A stretch of DNA of 64,000 bases, taken from contig DATIPS010000004.1 of NCBI GenBank assembly GCA_035471805.1, positions 973 through 64,972 of the forward strand. Reading direction: 5' to 3'. Shown here piece after piece: positions 10,777-19,890 of the stretch. The stretch comes from Acidimicrobiia bacterium. Lineage in GTDB: Bacteria > Actinomycetota > Acidimicrobiia > Spongiisociales > JAHEDJ01. Below the pieces are notes generated by a model. It searched no databases, was not told the origin of the DNA, and saw nothing but the letters and a program-made list of their open reading frames with translations. How positions within the stretch are numbered: position 1 is the stretch's first letter; each line of letters opens with the position of its first letter. The translations under genes were made by a program, and so were the position numbers.

Positions 10777-12927
10777 TTACCTGCTACCCGTCACCTGCTC
10801 TGCCAGTGGAAGGTAGATCTTCTCTGTGTAGTCGGCGACCATCCGGGCGGTCGAGAAGTCGTTGATCACCGAGATGATCGACTCCTTCATCATCGCCACC
10901 CAGGCATGAGGGACTCCGGCCTCGTCCCGATCGAAGAAGGTGGGAACAACCTGGTCCTGAAGGGTGTGATAGAGCGCCACGGCGTCCTCGTTGTCCTGGG
11001 CTGCGTGATCGCCGTTGCCGTATTCGGTACCGAACGTCCAGCCGTTGGACTGGTTGTAGCCCTCGATCCACCAGCCGTCTGGGGTAGACACGTTGAGCGC
11101 CCCGTTGAGAGCGGCCTTCATTCCCGACGTGCCGCTCGCCTCTTCGGGAGGTCGGGGGTTGTTCAACCAGACGTCGACGCCCTGCACCAGGAAACGAGCC
11201 ATCCGCAGGTTGTAGTCCTCGAGGACGTATAGGTGCCCTTTGAACTCGGGCGAGTTCCCGAGTTCGTGGATCTGCTGGATGAGACCGCTGCCCCACTGGT
11301 CGGCGGGGTGGGCTTTGCCGGCGAATACGATCTGCACCGGCCTATCCGGATTGGTCAGAATCGCCTGCAACCAGGGCTTGTTGTGGAACATGAGCGTGGC
11401 CCGTTTGTAACCGGCAAACCGCCTGGCGAACCCTATCGTCAGACGGTCACTCGGGAACATCGTCTCCACCGAGCGCAACTCGAGAGGCGATGCGCCGTGG
11501 CGGGCATGCTGAACGCGGATCCGGCCTCTGGCGAACCTGGTCAGCAGTCGTTTCTGGCTGACGTGGGCAGCCCAGATCTCAGAATCGTCGATGTCGCGTA
11601 TCGCTTCGAACACCGAGGGATCATTGACCAGTTTGTACCGCCAGTTGACTCCGATGTGCCTGGTCAACAGGCGGTCGAGATCGCGGCTGATCCAACCGGG
11701 GGTGTGGATGCCGTTGGTTACGCCGAGCGCCGGAGCTTTCAGCAAGTGCGACCAATCCTTGTTGACGACGTCGGCATGACGACGGCTCACTCCGTTGACA
11801 CGCGAGGACATGCGGATGGCCATCGCGCCCATGTCGAAGCGGTCGTTGTTGCCGGCCCCTTCCTCGGTTGCTCCGAGGTGAGCCAGGTATCCGAGATCGC
11901 ATCCGACCAGACCCGGCCAGTAACCGAGGTAGCGCTCGATGATGGAGAAGTCGAAGACCTCGTTGCCGGCCGGTACCGGCGTGTGGAGGGTGAATGCCGT
12001 TCTGGCCCGAATCTGCTCTTCCGCATCTTCGAGGGCCGATCCGCCGGCAACCGCATCCTTCAGTCTTTCGAGGATCGACAGTGCCGCATGCCCCTCATTC
12101 ACGTGCCAGACGGCCGGTTCGACACCGATGGCGGCCAGGGCCTTGACCGAACCGATGCCGAGGATCATCTCCTGGCAGAAGCGCATCTCGCGCCCGCGCA
12201 CGTAGAGGGTATGGGTGATCGGCCGGTCGGCCGGGTCGTTCTCGGGAATGTCGGAATCGAGCAGCAACAGCGGGATTACACCAACCTGAAGCAGCCAGAC
12301 GGCGGCGGAGATCTGCCGCCCGGGGAAGTCGACGGCCACCTTGAGCTGGCCGCCCGTAGGTCCGGCGACCGGCCGCACCGGCAGTTGGTGGATGTCGAGG
12401 TGCGGATGCATGTGCTGCTGGTCGCCCGTGACGTCGATTTCCTGGCTGAAGTAGCCGCGCCGGTAGAGCAAGCCGGTGCCGATGAAAGGAATGCCGAGAT
12501 CAGAAGCGGCCTTGGCGTGATCGCCGGCCAGCACTCCGAGACCGCCCGAATAGATCGGCAGTGAGGCGTGGATTCCGTATTCGGCGCACAGGTAGGCGAT
12601 TGGACCTTCTGGCAACTCACCTTCGTGTTCTCTGGTCCACCAGGTGTCCTGATCCGCCAGGTACTCGTCGAATCGGCGGGTGGCCTCGGTGTAGAGATCA
12701 TGGAAAGTCTCCGACTCGTCCAGGGCGCTCCAAGTATCGGGGTCGAGCGCCCGGAGCATGTCGATGGGGTTGTGGTACTGATTCCACAAGGTCGGATCGA
12801 CGGTTCTCCAGAGATCGAGGGCGACCGGATCCCAGGTCCACCAGAGGTTGTAGGCGAGCTCATAGAGCAGCGCAAACCGGGCCGGTATGCGAAGTTCGTC
12901 TGAGGTGAGTACGGGGACCTTGATCAC
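10777..12927 (-). CDS. glgP: Alpha-glucan (maltodextrin/glycogen) phosphorylase, GT35 family
   Basis: Motifs VNGVSRRHADV, EASGTSGMKAALNG and GGLGVLAGDHAKAASD. GTG start. Confidence 0.85.
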   Translation of the reverse strand: MIKVPVLTSDELRIPARFALLYELAYNLWWTWDPVALDLWRTVDPTLWNQYHNPIDMLRALDPDTWSALDESETFHDLYTEATRRFDEYLADQDTWWTREHEGELPEGPIAYLCAEYGIHASLPIYSGGLGVLAGDHAKAASDLGIPFIGTGLLYRRGYFSQEIDVTGDQQHMHPHLDIHQLPVRPVAGPTGGQLKVAVDFPGRQISAAVWLLQVGVIPLLLLDSDIPENDPADRPITHTLYVRGREMRFCQEMILGIGSVKALAAIGVEPAVWHVNEGHAALSILERLKDAVAGGSALEDAEEQIRARTAFTLHTPVPAGNEVFDFSIIERYLGYWPGLVGCDLGYLAHLGATEEGAGNNDRFDMGAMAIRMSSRVNGVSRRHADVVNKDWSHLLKAPALGVTNGIHTPGWISRDLDRLLTRHIGVNWRYKLVNDPSVFEAIRDIDDSEIWAAHVSQKRLLTRFARGRIRVQHARHGASPLELRSVETMFPSDRLTIGFARRFAGYKRATLMFHNKPWLQAILTNPDRPVQIVFAGKAHPADQWGSGLIQQIHELGNSPEFKGHLYVLEDYNLRMARFLVQGVDVWLNNPRPPEEASGTSGMKAALNGALNVSTPDGWWIEGYNQSNGWTFGTEYGNGDHAAQDNEDAVALYHTLQDQVVPTFFDRDEAGVPHAWVAMMKESIISVINDFSTARMVADYTEKIYLPLAEQVTGSR

Positions 12928-12990
12928 TGGAAGTCTCGCTGCTGAATGGGGGAAGCCTGGGCAGGTTAGCCGTGCGCGACGGCCGGCCGG

Positions 12991-14079
12991 TCACGGAGCC
13001 ACGGTGAGAACCTCTGCCTTCACTCTACCCAGGCCCAGACCCAGATACTCGGCCGTCGCCCTGGAGAGGTCGAACTCCCTGCCCTCGATGAACGGGCCCC
13101 GATCGTTGACCATCACGACCGCCTGCTTGTCGCCATAGGTGACCAGAAGCAGCGTTCCATGCGGCAGCGTCTTGTGAGCGACCGTGAAGTCGCGCTCATC
13201 GAAAATCGCCCCGCTCGAGGCTCGGCGCCCGTGGAACCCGGGCCCGTACCATGAGGCGACGCCGCGCAGCGTTCGCCCTGTGGAAACGAGTTCCGGCGGT
13301 ACTCCGATCGTTGGTCCGAGCGGAAGCGAAGCCCGTAGCGCTCCCTGTTCGATCGAATCAGCGGCAAGGGCGCCGCTTGCCCCGGTCGCGGTGATGATGT
13401 CCTCCACGAGGCTCCACCGGTAGTCGCGCCACCCCGCCGTCAGCTGGTCGACTCGATCCTCGAGGCGCGCCTGTTGAGCTTCGAGATCCGCGGCGAAGGT
13501 GGCGGCCAGGACGAATGCTCGCTCGTGCTCGGCGTAGTCGGCTTCCGCGACGTTGACCGATTCGAACGCCGTGTGCCTGAGATCTCCCATCTCTTCGAGA
13601 AGCCGGGCGATGTCGTTCATCGACCGGGTATCGGAAGCGTTCAGGGCTTCCAGGTAATGGGTGGCTATCCCGGCCTCGGTTGGATCATCGAAGAACATCA
13701 CCACCGTCAGCGCGGCGGAGCCGCCGCGGATGTAGAGCTGCTGGATGCCCTCGTCGAGGCGGCGGCGTGCCGCCCGGAGCTCACGCTCGACCTGCTCGAG
13801 CCGCTCGAGCGCTCCGACGCTCTCGGCGAGGACGGCCTCCAGCTCGGCTCGGCCGACATCGAGTGCCCGCTCGAGCCGGTCGCGCACAAGCCGGGCGTCC
13901 GAAGCTCTGGCGATCAGATCCGGCAGTTCGAGGCGCAACTCCGCAAGAGAGTGAGCCCGTTCGACGGGTGTCGTTCCGAGCGCGGCCGGACCGATCGCCA
14001 TGGAGACGAGGGTGAGAGCGATGAGGAAGTGCCGTCGCACACCGATATTGTGGACCTGCCGCGGCCCCGGCCCAAGCAT
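12991..14079 (-). CDS. RlpA-like double-psi beta-barrel protein with N-terminal signal/TM segment and coiled-coil region
   Basis: C-terminal GVASWYGPGFHGRRASSGAIFDERDFTVAHKTLPHGTLLLVTY...VMVNDRGPF matches the RlpA DPBB signature. The N-terminal hydrophobic segment FLIALTLVSMAIGPAALG is followed by about 200 aa rich in heptad-like E/R/L. The true start may be the GTG near 14040. Confidence 0.75.
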   Translation of the reverse strand: MLGPGPRQVHNIGVRRHFLIALTLVSMAIGPAALGTTPVERAHSLAELRLELPDLIARASDARLVRDRLERALDVGRAELEAVLAESVGALERLEQVERELRAARRRLDEGIQQLYIRGGSAALTVVMFFDDPTEAGIATHYLEALNASDTRSMNDIARLLEEMGDLRHTAFESVNVAEADYAEHERAFVLAATFAADLEAQQARLEDRVDQLTAGWRDYRWSLVEDIITATGASGALAADSIEQGALRASLPLGPTIGVPPELVSTGRTLRGVASWYGPGFHGRRASSGAIFDERDFTVAHKTLPHGTLLLVTYGDKQAVVMVNDRGPFIEGREFDLSRATAEYLGLGLGRVKAEVLTVAP

Positions 14080-14102
14080 CTACGCTGTGGAATTCGAGAT
14101 GA

Positions 14103-15149
14103 ATGGAGAATCCGATGGCATTCCCCGACGGAACGGCCGACTTCCGCTCAGACACGGTGACACGACCCTCGCAGGAAATGCGAGAGGCGATGGCTTCTGC
14201 TGTGGTCGGAGACGACGTGTACGGCGAGGACCCAACGGTCAACTCTCTCGAGGAGCGAGCAGCTTCGCTGCTCGGCAAAGCGGCAGCGGTGTTCGTGCCG
14301 TCCGGATCCATGGGGAACCTCCTCGGCCTGGCTACACAGGCACGTCCGGGTGACGAGGTGATCTGCGTCGAACACGCCCACGTGCGGAACTACGAAATGG
14401 GGTCGGCCGCTGCGCTGGGCGGTATTCAGTTCAGGACGGTCGCCACCCCCAATGGAGAGATCGAGCCTGCCGATGTTGAAGCTGCGGTGGAGCAGAGCAG
14501 CCGTCACGTCCTGAACATCTCGATGCTCTCATGGGAGAACACACACAACTGGTCCGGTGGCACCGTGATTCCATTCGAGCTGATGGAGGCAACCTCCCGG
14601 GCGGCTCGCTCGGCAGGCTTGGCCGTGCACCTCGACGGAGCGCGGCTGTGGAATGCGGTAGCGGCCACCGGCATCGATGCTGCGGAATACGCTCGACTGG
14701 CCGACACGGTCCAGTTCTGCTTCAGCAAGGGCCTGGGTGCACCGATCGGATCGATCCTCTGCGGAAGCGAGGACGTGATCAGGCGGGCGCGCTATCTCCG
14801 CAAGCGCTTCGGCGGAGGGATGCGACAGGTGGGAGTGATCGCCGCAGCAGCGGCGGTGGCCCTCGACCGGCGTGCGCGGCTCGGTGAGGACCACGCTCTG
14901 GCCCAACAACTGGGGAAAGGAATCGCCGGGCTGTTCCCTGCCGCGGTCTCGCTGGAACAAGTGCAGACCAACATGGTCCTGGTCCACGGCGACGGGCTGC
15001 CGGTGAGCGCCGAGGGCCTGCGGCGTCGATTGTCGGAAGACGGGGTGCTGGTTAGTGCCGTCTCGGCCGGCACGCTGAGGTTTGTCACCCACTGTGACGT
15101 CGATTCCGACGACGTTGAGCGCGTGCTCGACTCAATGAGGGCTTTGTAG
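14103..15149 (+). CDS. ltaE: Low-specificity L-threonine aldolase
   Basis: N-terminal FRSDTVTRPSQEMREAM...GDDVYGEDPTVNSLE is the characteristic threonine aldolase signature. The start could instead be the ATG at 14115. Confidence 0.8.
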   Translation: MENPMAFPDGTADFRSDTVTRPSQEMREAMASAVVGDDVYGEDPTVNSLEERAASLLGKAAAVFVPSGSMGNLLGLATQARPGDEVICVEHAHVRNYEMGSAAALGGIQFRTVATPNGEIEPADVEAAVEQSSRHVLNISMLSWENTHNWSGGTVIPFELMEATSRAARSAGLAVHLDGARLWNAVAATGIDAAEYARLADTVQFCFSKGLGAPIGSILCGSEDVIRRARYLRKRFGGGMRQVGVIAAAAAVALDRRARLGEDHALAQQLGKGIAGLFPAAVSLEQVQTNMVLVHGDGLPVSAEGLRRRLSEDGVLVSAVSAGTLRFVTHCDVDSDDVERVLDSMRAL

Positions 15150-15221
15150 CGAATCCGGCTACCGGTACCCGTTCCTGAACCTCCCGTAACTTTCTCGACA
15201 CGCCTACAGTCGAAAGCCGCA

Positions 15222-16172
15222 ATGTCTTATGCCGTTCTCTTTCCCGGTCAGGGAAGTCAGCACGTCGGAATGGGCGCGGACCTCTTCGAGGCGCGACCCG
15301 ATCTGTTAGTCGAGCAGGCCGACGAGGTCCTCGGTTGGAGTCTGCGCGACATCTGTCTGGACGGACCAGAAGAAGAGCTCACCAGGACCGAACATGCTCA
15401 ACCGGCGCTCTTTGCCCTCTCCTTTGCCTTGTGGGAGGAGTTGGCGAGGAGAGTGTCCGCTCCGCCTGCTGCAGCCGCCGGGCACTCCCTGGGTGAATAC
15501 ACCGCCCTGGCGGCCGCCGGGGTCTTCGACTTCGCCACCGCTTTGCGGATCGTTGCGCTCCGCGGTCGGGCCATGGCGACCGCCGCCGACGCAGCACCGT
15601 CATCGATGGCGGCACTGATCGGGGCTTCCGTCGATCTAGCAGAGGAGATCTCCTCCGCCCGTCGCGACTCGGGCGGGCATCTCTGGGTGGCGAACCTCAA
15701 CGCCCCGGGCCAGATTGTGGTGGCGGGCGGAGCGGCAGACATCGAATGGCTGCAAGCAGAGAGCAGGTCGCTCGGCGTTCGGCGAGTCGTGCCGCTCAAC
15801 GTTGCCGGAGCTTTCCATTCACCGTTCATGGCCTCCGCACAGGCCGTGCTCGCCTCCGGGCTGGCTGCAACGACGCCCGAAACGCCGGCTTTCAGCGTTT
15901 GGTCGAACGTGAGCGCGGCCCCGGTGCGGCGCGAGGAAATCCCTGAGCTACTCGCCGGTCAAGTTACCGCTCCTGTACGGTTCTCCGAAAGCCTCGAAGG
16001 GATGGCCGACGCCGGGATTGAAACGTTCGTGCACGTCGGTCCCGGAGACGTAACCGCCGGCATGGCCCGGCGCACAGTCCAGGATTCTGAAGTTTTCGTC
16101 ATAAACGACCTCGCCGGGATCGGAGAGGTCATCGAATCGCTAGCGGGGGAAGAAGAGGAAGGCCCAGTATGA
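15222..16172 (+). CDS. fabD: Malonyl-CoA:ACP transacylase
   Basis: FPGQGSQHVGMG and active-site GHSLGEY. It is the first gene of a FAS-II operon. Confidence 0.9.
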   Translation: MSYAVLFPGQGSQHVGMGADLFEARPDLLVEQADEVLGWSLRDICLDGPEEELTRTEHAQPALFALSFALWEELARRVSAPPAAAAGHSLGEYTALAAAGVFDFATALRIVALRGRAMATAADAAPSSMAALIGASVDLAEEISSARRDSGGHLWVANLNAPGQIVVAGGAADIEWLQAESRSLGVRRVVPLNVAGAFHSPFMASAQAVLASGLAATTPETPAFSVWSNVSAAPVRREEIPELLAGQVTAPVRFSESLEGMADAGIETFVHVGPGDVTAGMARRTVQDSEVFVINDLAGIGEVIESLAGEEEEGPV

Positions 16173-17245
16173 ACGCCACTGTCACCGGATGGGGGAAGGC
16201 GTTGCCACCGTCGATTCTCACCAACTCGGATCTCGAATCGATCATGGACACGTCCGACGAGTGGATCACCTCCCGATCCGGTATCAAGGAACGACGGATC
16301 AGCCATGTCGAAACCTCGGATATGGCTGCGATCGCCGCTCATCGTGCTCTCGCCGCCGCCGGACTCGACCCGCTCGACATCGATCTGATCATCGTGGCCA
16401 CGTGTTCGCCCGACACTCTCATCCCGAGCGCGGCAGCCTTCGTGCAAGCCAAGCTCGGGGCCAAGAACGCGGGAGCAGTCGATCTCAACGCGGCGTGTTC
16501 CGGCTTCGTCTACTCGCTCGTGTTCGGTGCCAACATGATCCGCGGCGGAACACATAAGCGGGTGCTCGTGATCGGAGCCGAGAAGCTCCACTACTACATG
16601 GATTTCACGGACCGTTCGACCTCGGTGCTCTTCGGGGACGGTGCAGGTGCCGTCGTGCTGGAGCCCACCGAGGCCGACGAAGGCCTACTGTCGTCGGAGC
16701 TCGGGATGGACGGAGACACCGCTGAATTCCTCTGCGTACCCGGCTTTGGCACCGTCGGCGACCGTGTGCCCGACCTGCCGTCCGAGGTCGGGGTGCAGAT
16801 GGACGGCCAGGAGGTGTTCAGACGGGCGGTCACCATGATGGGAGACTCTTCGGTCCGGGTCGTCGAAGAGGCGGGCATCGACTTCGAAGATGTCGACATC
16901 CTCATCCCGCATCAGGCGAACCAGCGGATCATCGATGCCACCGCCCGCAGGCTCAAACTCCCGCCGGATCGAGTATTCATGAACATTCATGCGTACGGCA
17001 ATACGTCGGCGGCGACGATCCCGATTGCGCTGACCGAGGCGCTGGAGGAGGGCCGAATCCGCCCCGGTGCCAACATCGTATTCGCCGCATTCGGCGGAGG
17101 CTTGAGCTGGGCGGCCGCCGTTCTGCGCTGGGGTACCCGTACAGAGCCGATTGCCACGAGCGACGTCGACTTCCCACCGAGTGAGCGGACCACCATGCAG
17201 CTCCTGCAACCGAACTTCGAGTTCTTTGGCCTGGGGGAGCGATGA
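16169..17245 (+). CDS. fabH: Beta-ketoacyl-ACP synthase III
   Basis: Active-site NAACSGFVY, plus HQANQRI and GNTSAATIP motifs. 4-nt overlap with fabD. About 35 extra C-terminal residues compared with typical FabH. Confidence 0.9.
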   Translation: MNATVTGWGKALPPSILTNSDLESIMDTSDEWITSRSGIKERRISHVETSDMAAIAAHRALAAAGLDPLDIDLIIVATCSPDTLIPSAAAFVQAKLGAKNAGAVDLNAACSGFVYSLVFGANMIRGGTHKRVLVIGAEKLHYYMDFTDRSTSVLFGDGAGAVVLEPTEADEGLLSSELGMDGDTAEFLCVPGFGTVGDRVPDLPSEVGVQMDGQEVFRRAVTMMGDSSVRVVEEAGIDFEDVDILIPHQANQRIIDATARRLKLPPDRVFMNIHAYGNTSAATIPIALTEALEEGRIRPGANIVFAAFGGGLSWAAAVLRWGTRTEPIATSDVDFPPSERTTMQLLQPNFEFFGLGER

Positions 17246-17976
17246 GTCGGGTTGCGCTCGTCACCGGGGGTTCACGCGGCATAGGCCGGGCCATCGCGCT
17301 CGGTCTCGCCCAGAATGGTCACCGGGTGGCGGTCAACTACTCGACTCGCCCCGAAGCAGCCGAGTCCGTTGTCACGGAGATCCGTTCGAATGGGGGAGAG
17401 GCAATCGCCCTCGGCGCCGACGTCTCGGACGAAGCGGCAGTCGGCCGTCTCATCAGCGAGGTTGGTGAACGGCTGGGACCGGTCGAAGTACTGGTAAACA
17501 ACGCCGGTGTGACCCGCGACGGTCTTCTTGCCCGGATGAGTTCGGACGACTGGGATCGTGTCATCGAGGTCAACCTCCGGTCCACCTTCCTGTGCACCAA
17601 AGCGGTGATGCGGGGCATGCTCAAGAACCGATGGGGCCGGATCATCTCGATCGGCTCGGTCTCCGGGCTGGCCGGGAATCCCGGTCAAGCCAATTACGCG
17701 GCCAGCAAGGCCGCCGTGATCGGATTCACGAAGTCCGTAGCCAAGGAAGTCGGCGGCAGAGGCATTACGGTCAACGTCGTCGCACCAGGTTTCATCGAGA
17801 CCGACATGACGGCCGAACTGGGCGAAGTAGCACTAGAAGCCGCCATATCGGCGACTGCGGTCGGTAGGCTCGGGCGGCCGGAAGACGTCGCCGCCGCGGT
17901 GGCATACCTGGCCGGAGAGAACGCGGGGTTCGTAACGGGACAGGTCATCGTCGTCGACGGTGGCCTGACTATCTAG
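17242..17976 (+). CDS. fabG: 3-oxoacyl-ACP reductase
   Basis: TGGSRGIGRAIA, NNAG and YAASKAA (YxxxK). ATGA overlap with fabH. Lies between fabH and acpP. Confidence 0.85.
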   Translation: MSRVALVTGGSRGIGRAIALGLAQNGHRVAVNYSTRPEAAESVVTEIRSNGGEAIALGADVSDEAAVGRLISEVGERLGPVEVLVNNAGVTRDGLLARMSSDDWDRVIEVNLRSTFLCTKAVMRGMLKNRWGRIISIGSVSGLAGNPGQANYAASKAAVIGFTKSVAKEVGGRGITVNVVAPGFIETDMTAELGEVALEAAISATAVGRLGRPEDVAAAVAYLAGENAGFVTGQVIVVDGGLTI

Positions 17977-17986
17977 AGGAGAGAAC

Positions 17987-18229
17987 ATGGAACGGGCAGA
18001 AATCGAGGCGAAGTTCACCGAACTACTGGTGAGCGAGCTGGGGCTAGACGCGGAGAAGATCAACCCGGGCGCGAGATTCGAAGAAGACCTCGAGGTTGAC
18101 TCGCTCGGAGTCGTCGAGTTGCTCATGGCGCTCGAGGACGAGTTCGACGTGACCATTCCCGATGAAGAGGCTGAAAACCTCACAACGGTTGGCGAGGCTA
18201 TCGATCTCGTCGTAGCCAAACTCTCCTGA
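17987..18229 (+). CDS. acpP: Acyl carrier protein
   Basis: 80 aa, acidic, with the phosphopantetheine site LEVDSLGVVELLMALEDEF. Confidence 0.9.
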   Translation: MERAEIEAKFTELLVSELGLDAEKINPGARFEEDLEVDSLGVVELLMALEDEFDVTIPDEEAENLTTVGEAIDLVVAKLS

Positions 18230-18238
18230 GGCTCCGCC

Positions 18239-19498
18239 GTGGCAAGACACGACCGAAGGGTCGTGGTTACCGGGTTGGGGACCGTCAACCCGCTCGGAGC
18301 CGACGTAGGGTCATCCTGGGCGGCCGTGCGCAAGGGAGTGTCCGGCGTCGGTCCCATCACTGCCTTCGATACAACGGACACGGTGACCAAGATCGCGGCC
18401 GAGATCCCGGACTTCGACCCACACGACTATCTCGACAAGAAGGATGCTCGGCGTCTCGATCGTTACACGCAGTTCTTCGTTGCTTCCACCTCACAAGCCC
18501 TGGCAGATGCGGGTCTCGACTACCGCGGCGATGACGAAGCCGCCGCAGAGGTCGGAGCAATCGTTGGTGCGGGCCTGGGAGGGATGCACTCGTTCATCGA
18601 AGGGCTCGACACCCTGCGCGAGCGCGGAGCGGCCAGGGTCAATCCGCTCACGATCACGAAACTCATCCCCAATATGGCGGCCGGCTATGCGTCGATCGAG
18701 TTCAACCTGCAGGGCCCGACCAACTGCACGGTCACGGCCTGCGCAGCCTCGGCGAACGCGATCGGCGACGCGGCCGAGATGATCCGGCGAGGCGTCGTCG
18801 ACGTCATGGTTGCCGGTGGATCCGAAGCCGTGATCGTGGAGTTCGCGGTGGCGGCGTTCAACTCGTCCAAAGCGCTTTCCACCAGGAACGACGAACCGAC
18901 GCGAGCCAGCCGGCCGTTCGATGCCGGTCGCGACGGGTTCGTGATGGGCGAGGGAGCAGCGACGCTCATTCTCGAGGAGCGTGACCATGCTCTGGCGAGG
19001 GACGCGACGATCTACGCGGAGGTCGTTGGATACGGCATGTCCTCGGACGCATACCACGTGACTCTGCCGCGCCCGGGGGGAGCGGGCCAGGCGAGGGCAA
19101 TGGCCATGGCCCTCAGGGATGCCGGACTGGACGGTTCGGAAATCGACTACATCAACGCTCATGGGACCTCAACGCCGGCGAACGACGGCACGGAGACGGC
19201 GGCCATCAAACTGGCACTGGGCGACGAAGCTGCTCGCAAGGTCGCAATCTCATCGACCAAGTCGATGACCGGCCACCTGCTGGGAGGAGCGGGAGCGCTC
19301 GAGGCGATGCTGAGCGTGCTCGCCATCCGGGACGGTGTCGCGCCTCCGACGATCAACTACGAGGAACCGGATCCCGATTGCGACCTCGACTACGTCCCGA
19401 ATGTGGAACGCCCGATGGAGATTCGCCACGCCATGAGCAACTCATTTGGATTCGGTGGACACAACGTGGCGTTGATCTTCTCGGCCCCGGAGGCCTAG
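18239..19498 (+). CDS. fabF: Beta-ketoacyl-ACP synthase II
   Basis: VVVTGLGTVNPLG, active-site cysteine region TACAASANAIGDA, HGTSTPANDGTE and NSFGFGGHN. GTG start. Confidence 0.9.
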   Translation: MARHDRRVVVTGLGTVNPLGADVGSSWAAVRKGVSGVGPITAFDTTDTVTKIAAEIPDFDPHDYLDKKDARRLDRYTQFFVASTSQALADAGLDYRGDDEAAAEVGAIVGAGLGGMHSFIEGLDTLRERGAARVNPLTITKLIPNMAAGYASIEFNLQGPTNCTVTACAASANAIGDAAEMIRRGVVDVMVAGGSEAVIVEFAVAAFNSSKALSTRNDEPTRASRPFDAGRDGFVMGEGAATLILEERDHALARDATIYAEVVGYGMSSDAYHVTLPRPGGAGQARAMAMALRDAGLDGSEIDYINAHGTSTPANDGTETAAIKLALGDEAARKVAISSTKSMTGHLLGGAGALEAMLSVLAIRDGVAPPTINYEEPDPDCDLDYVPNVERPMEIRHAMSNSFGFGGHNVALIFSAPEA

Positions 19499-19500
19499 AC

Positions 19501-19620
19501 CAGAGATTCTCAGCAATGCTGTTACTCCGGGAGATCAACAGTATTGCGGAGAAAACGGGCCTGAGATTCTCAGCAATGCCGGTACTCCGGGGGATCAACA
19601 GTATTGCCGAGAAAACGGGT
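19501..19620. repeat. Tandem direct repeat, 2 x 60 bp, each unit an imperfect 17-nt-arm palindrome
   Basis: Units 19501-19560 and 19561-19620 are identical at 54 of 60 positions. Unit 1 arms are TTCTCAGCAATGCTGTT (19507-19523) and AACAGTATTGCGGAGAA (19537-19553) around a 13-nt loop. The repeat fills the gap between two convergent stop codons. Confidence 0.9.
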
Positions 19621-19623
19621 TGG

Positions 19624-19890
19624 TCAGTCCTGGGGCGGGACCTCGCAGCCGACCGTGGGAGGTGGGAGGCCTCGTTCCTGGGCGGTCTTCCACTCATCGA
19701 AGGAGCGGATGGCCAGCACGGCGACCACGCCCACGCCGAACGCCGCCGCCGTACCCGACAGGACGGCCAGCACGACTGCCAGGGCCGTGCCCGACCCGCT
19801 GAGTGAGGCAATGAAATAGCCCAGCCACGCACCGATGACCAGGCCGACCAGCGCCGGCAAGAACACCCATGGGTTCGGATATCGCCGCAT
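19624..19890 (-). CDS. Small membrane protein, hypothetical
   Basis: Two or three hydrophobic helices (WVFLPALVGLVIGAWLGYFIA, ALAVVLAVLSGTAAAFGVGVVAVLAI). Its ATG directly abuts the stop of the upstream gene. Confidence 0.5.
   Translation of the reverse strand: MRRYPNPWVFLPALVGLVIGAWLGYFIASLSGSGTALAVVLAVLSGTAAAFGVGVVAVLAIRSFDEWKTAQERGLPPPTVGCEVPPQD

Noticed and set aside
19501-19620. Possible CRISPR array
   Set aside because: There are only two directly abutting repeat units, with no spacers and no cas genes in the window. It is a tandem repeat, not a CRISPR array.
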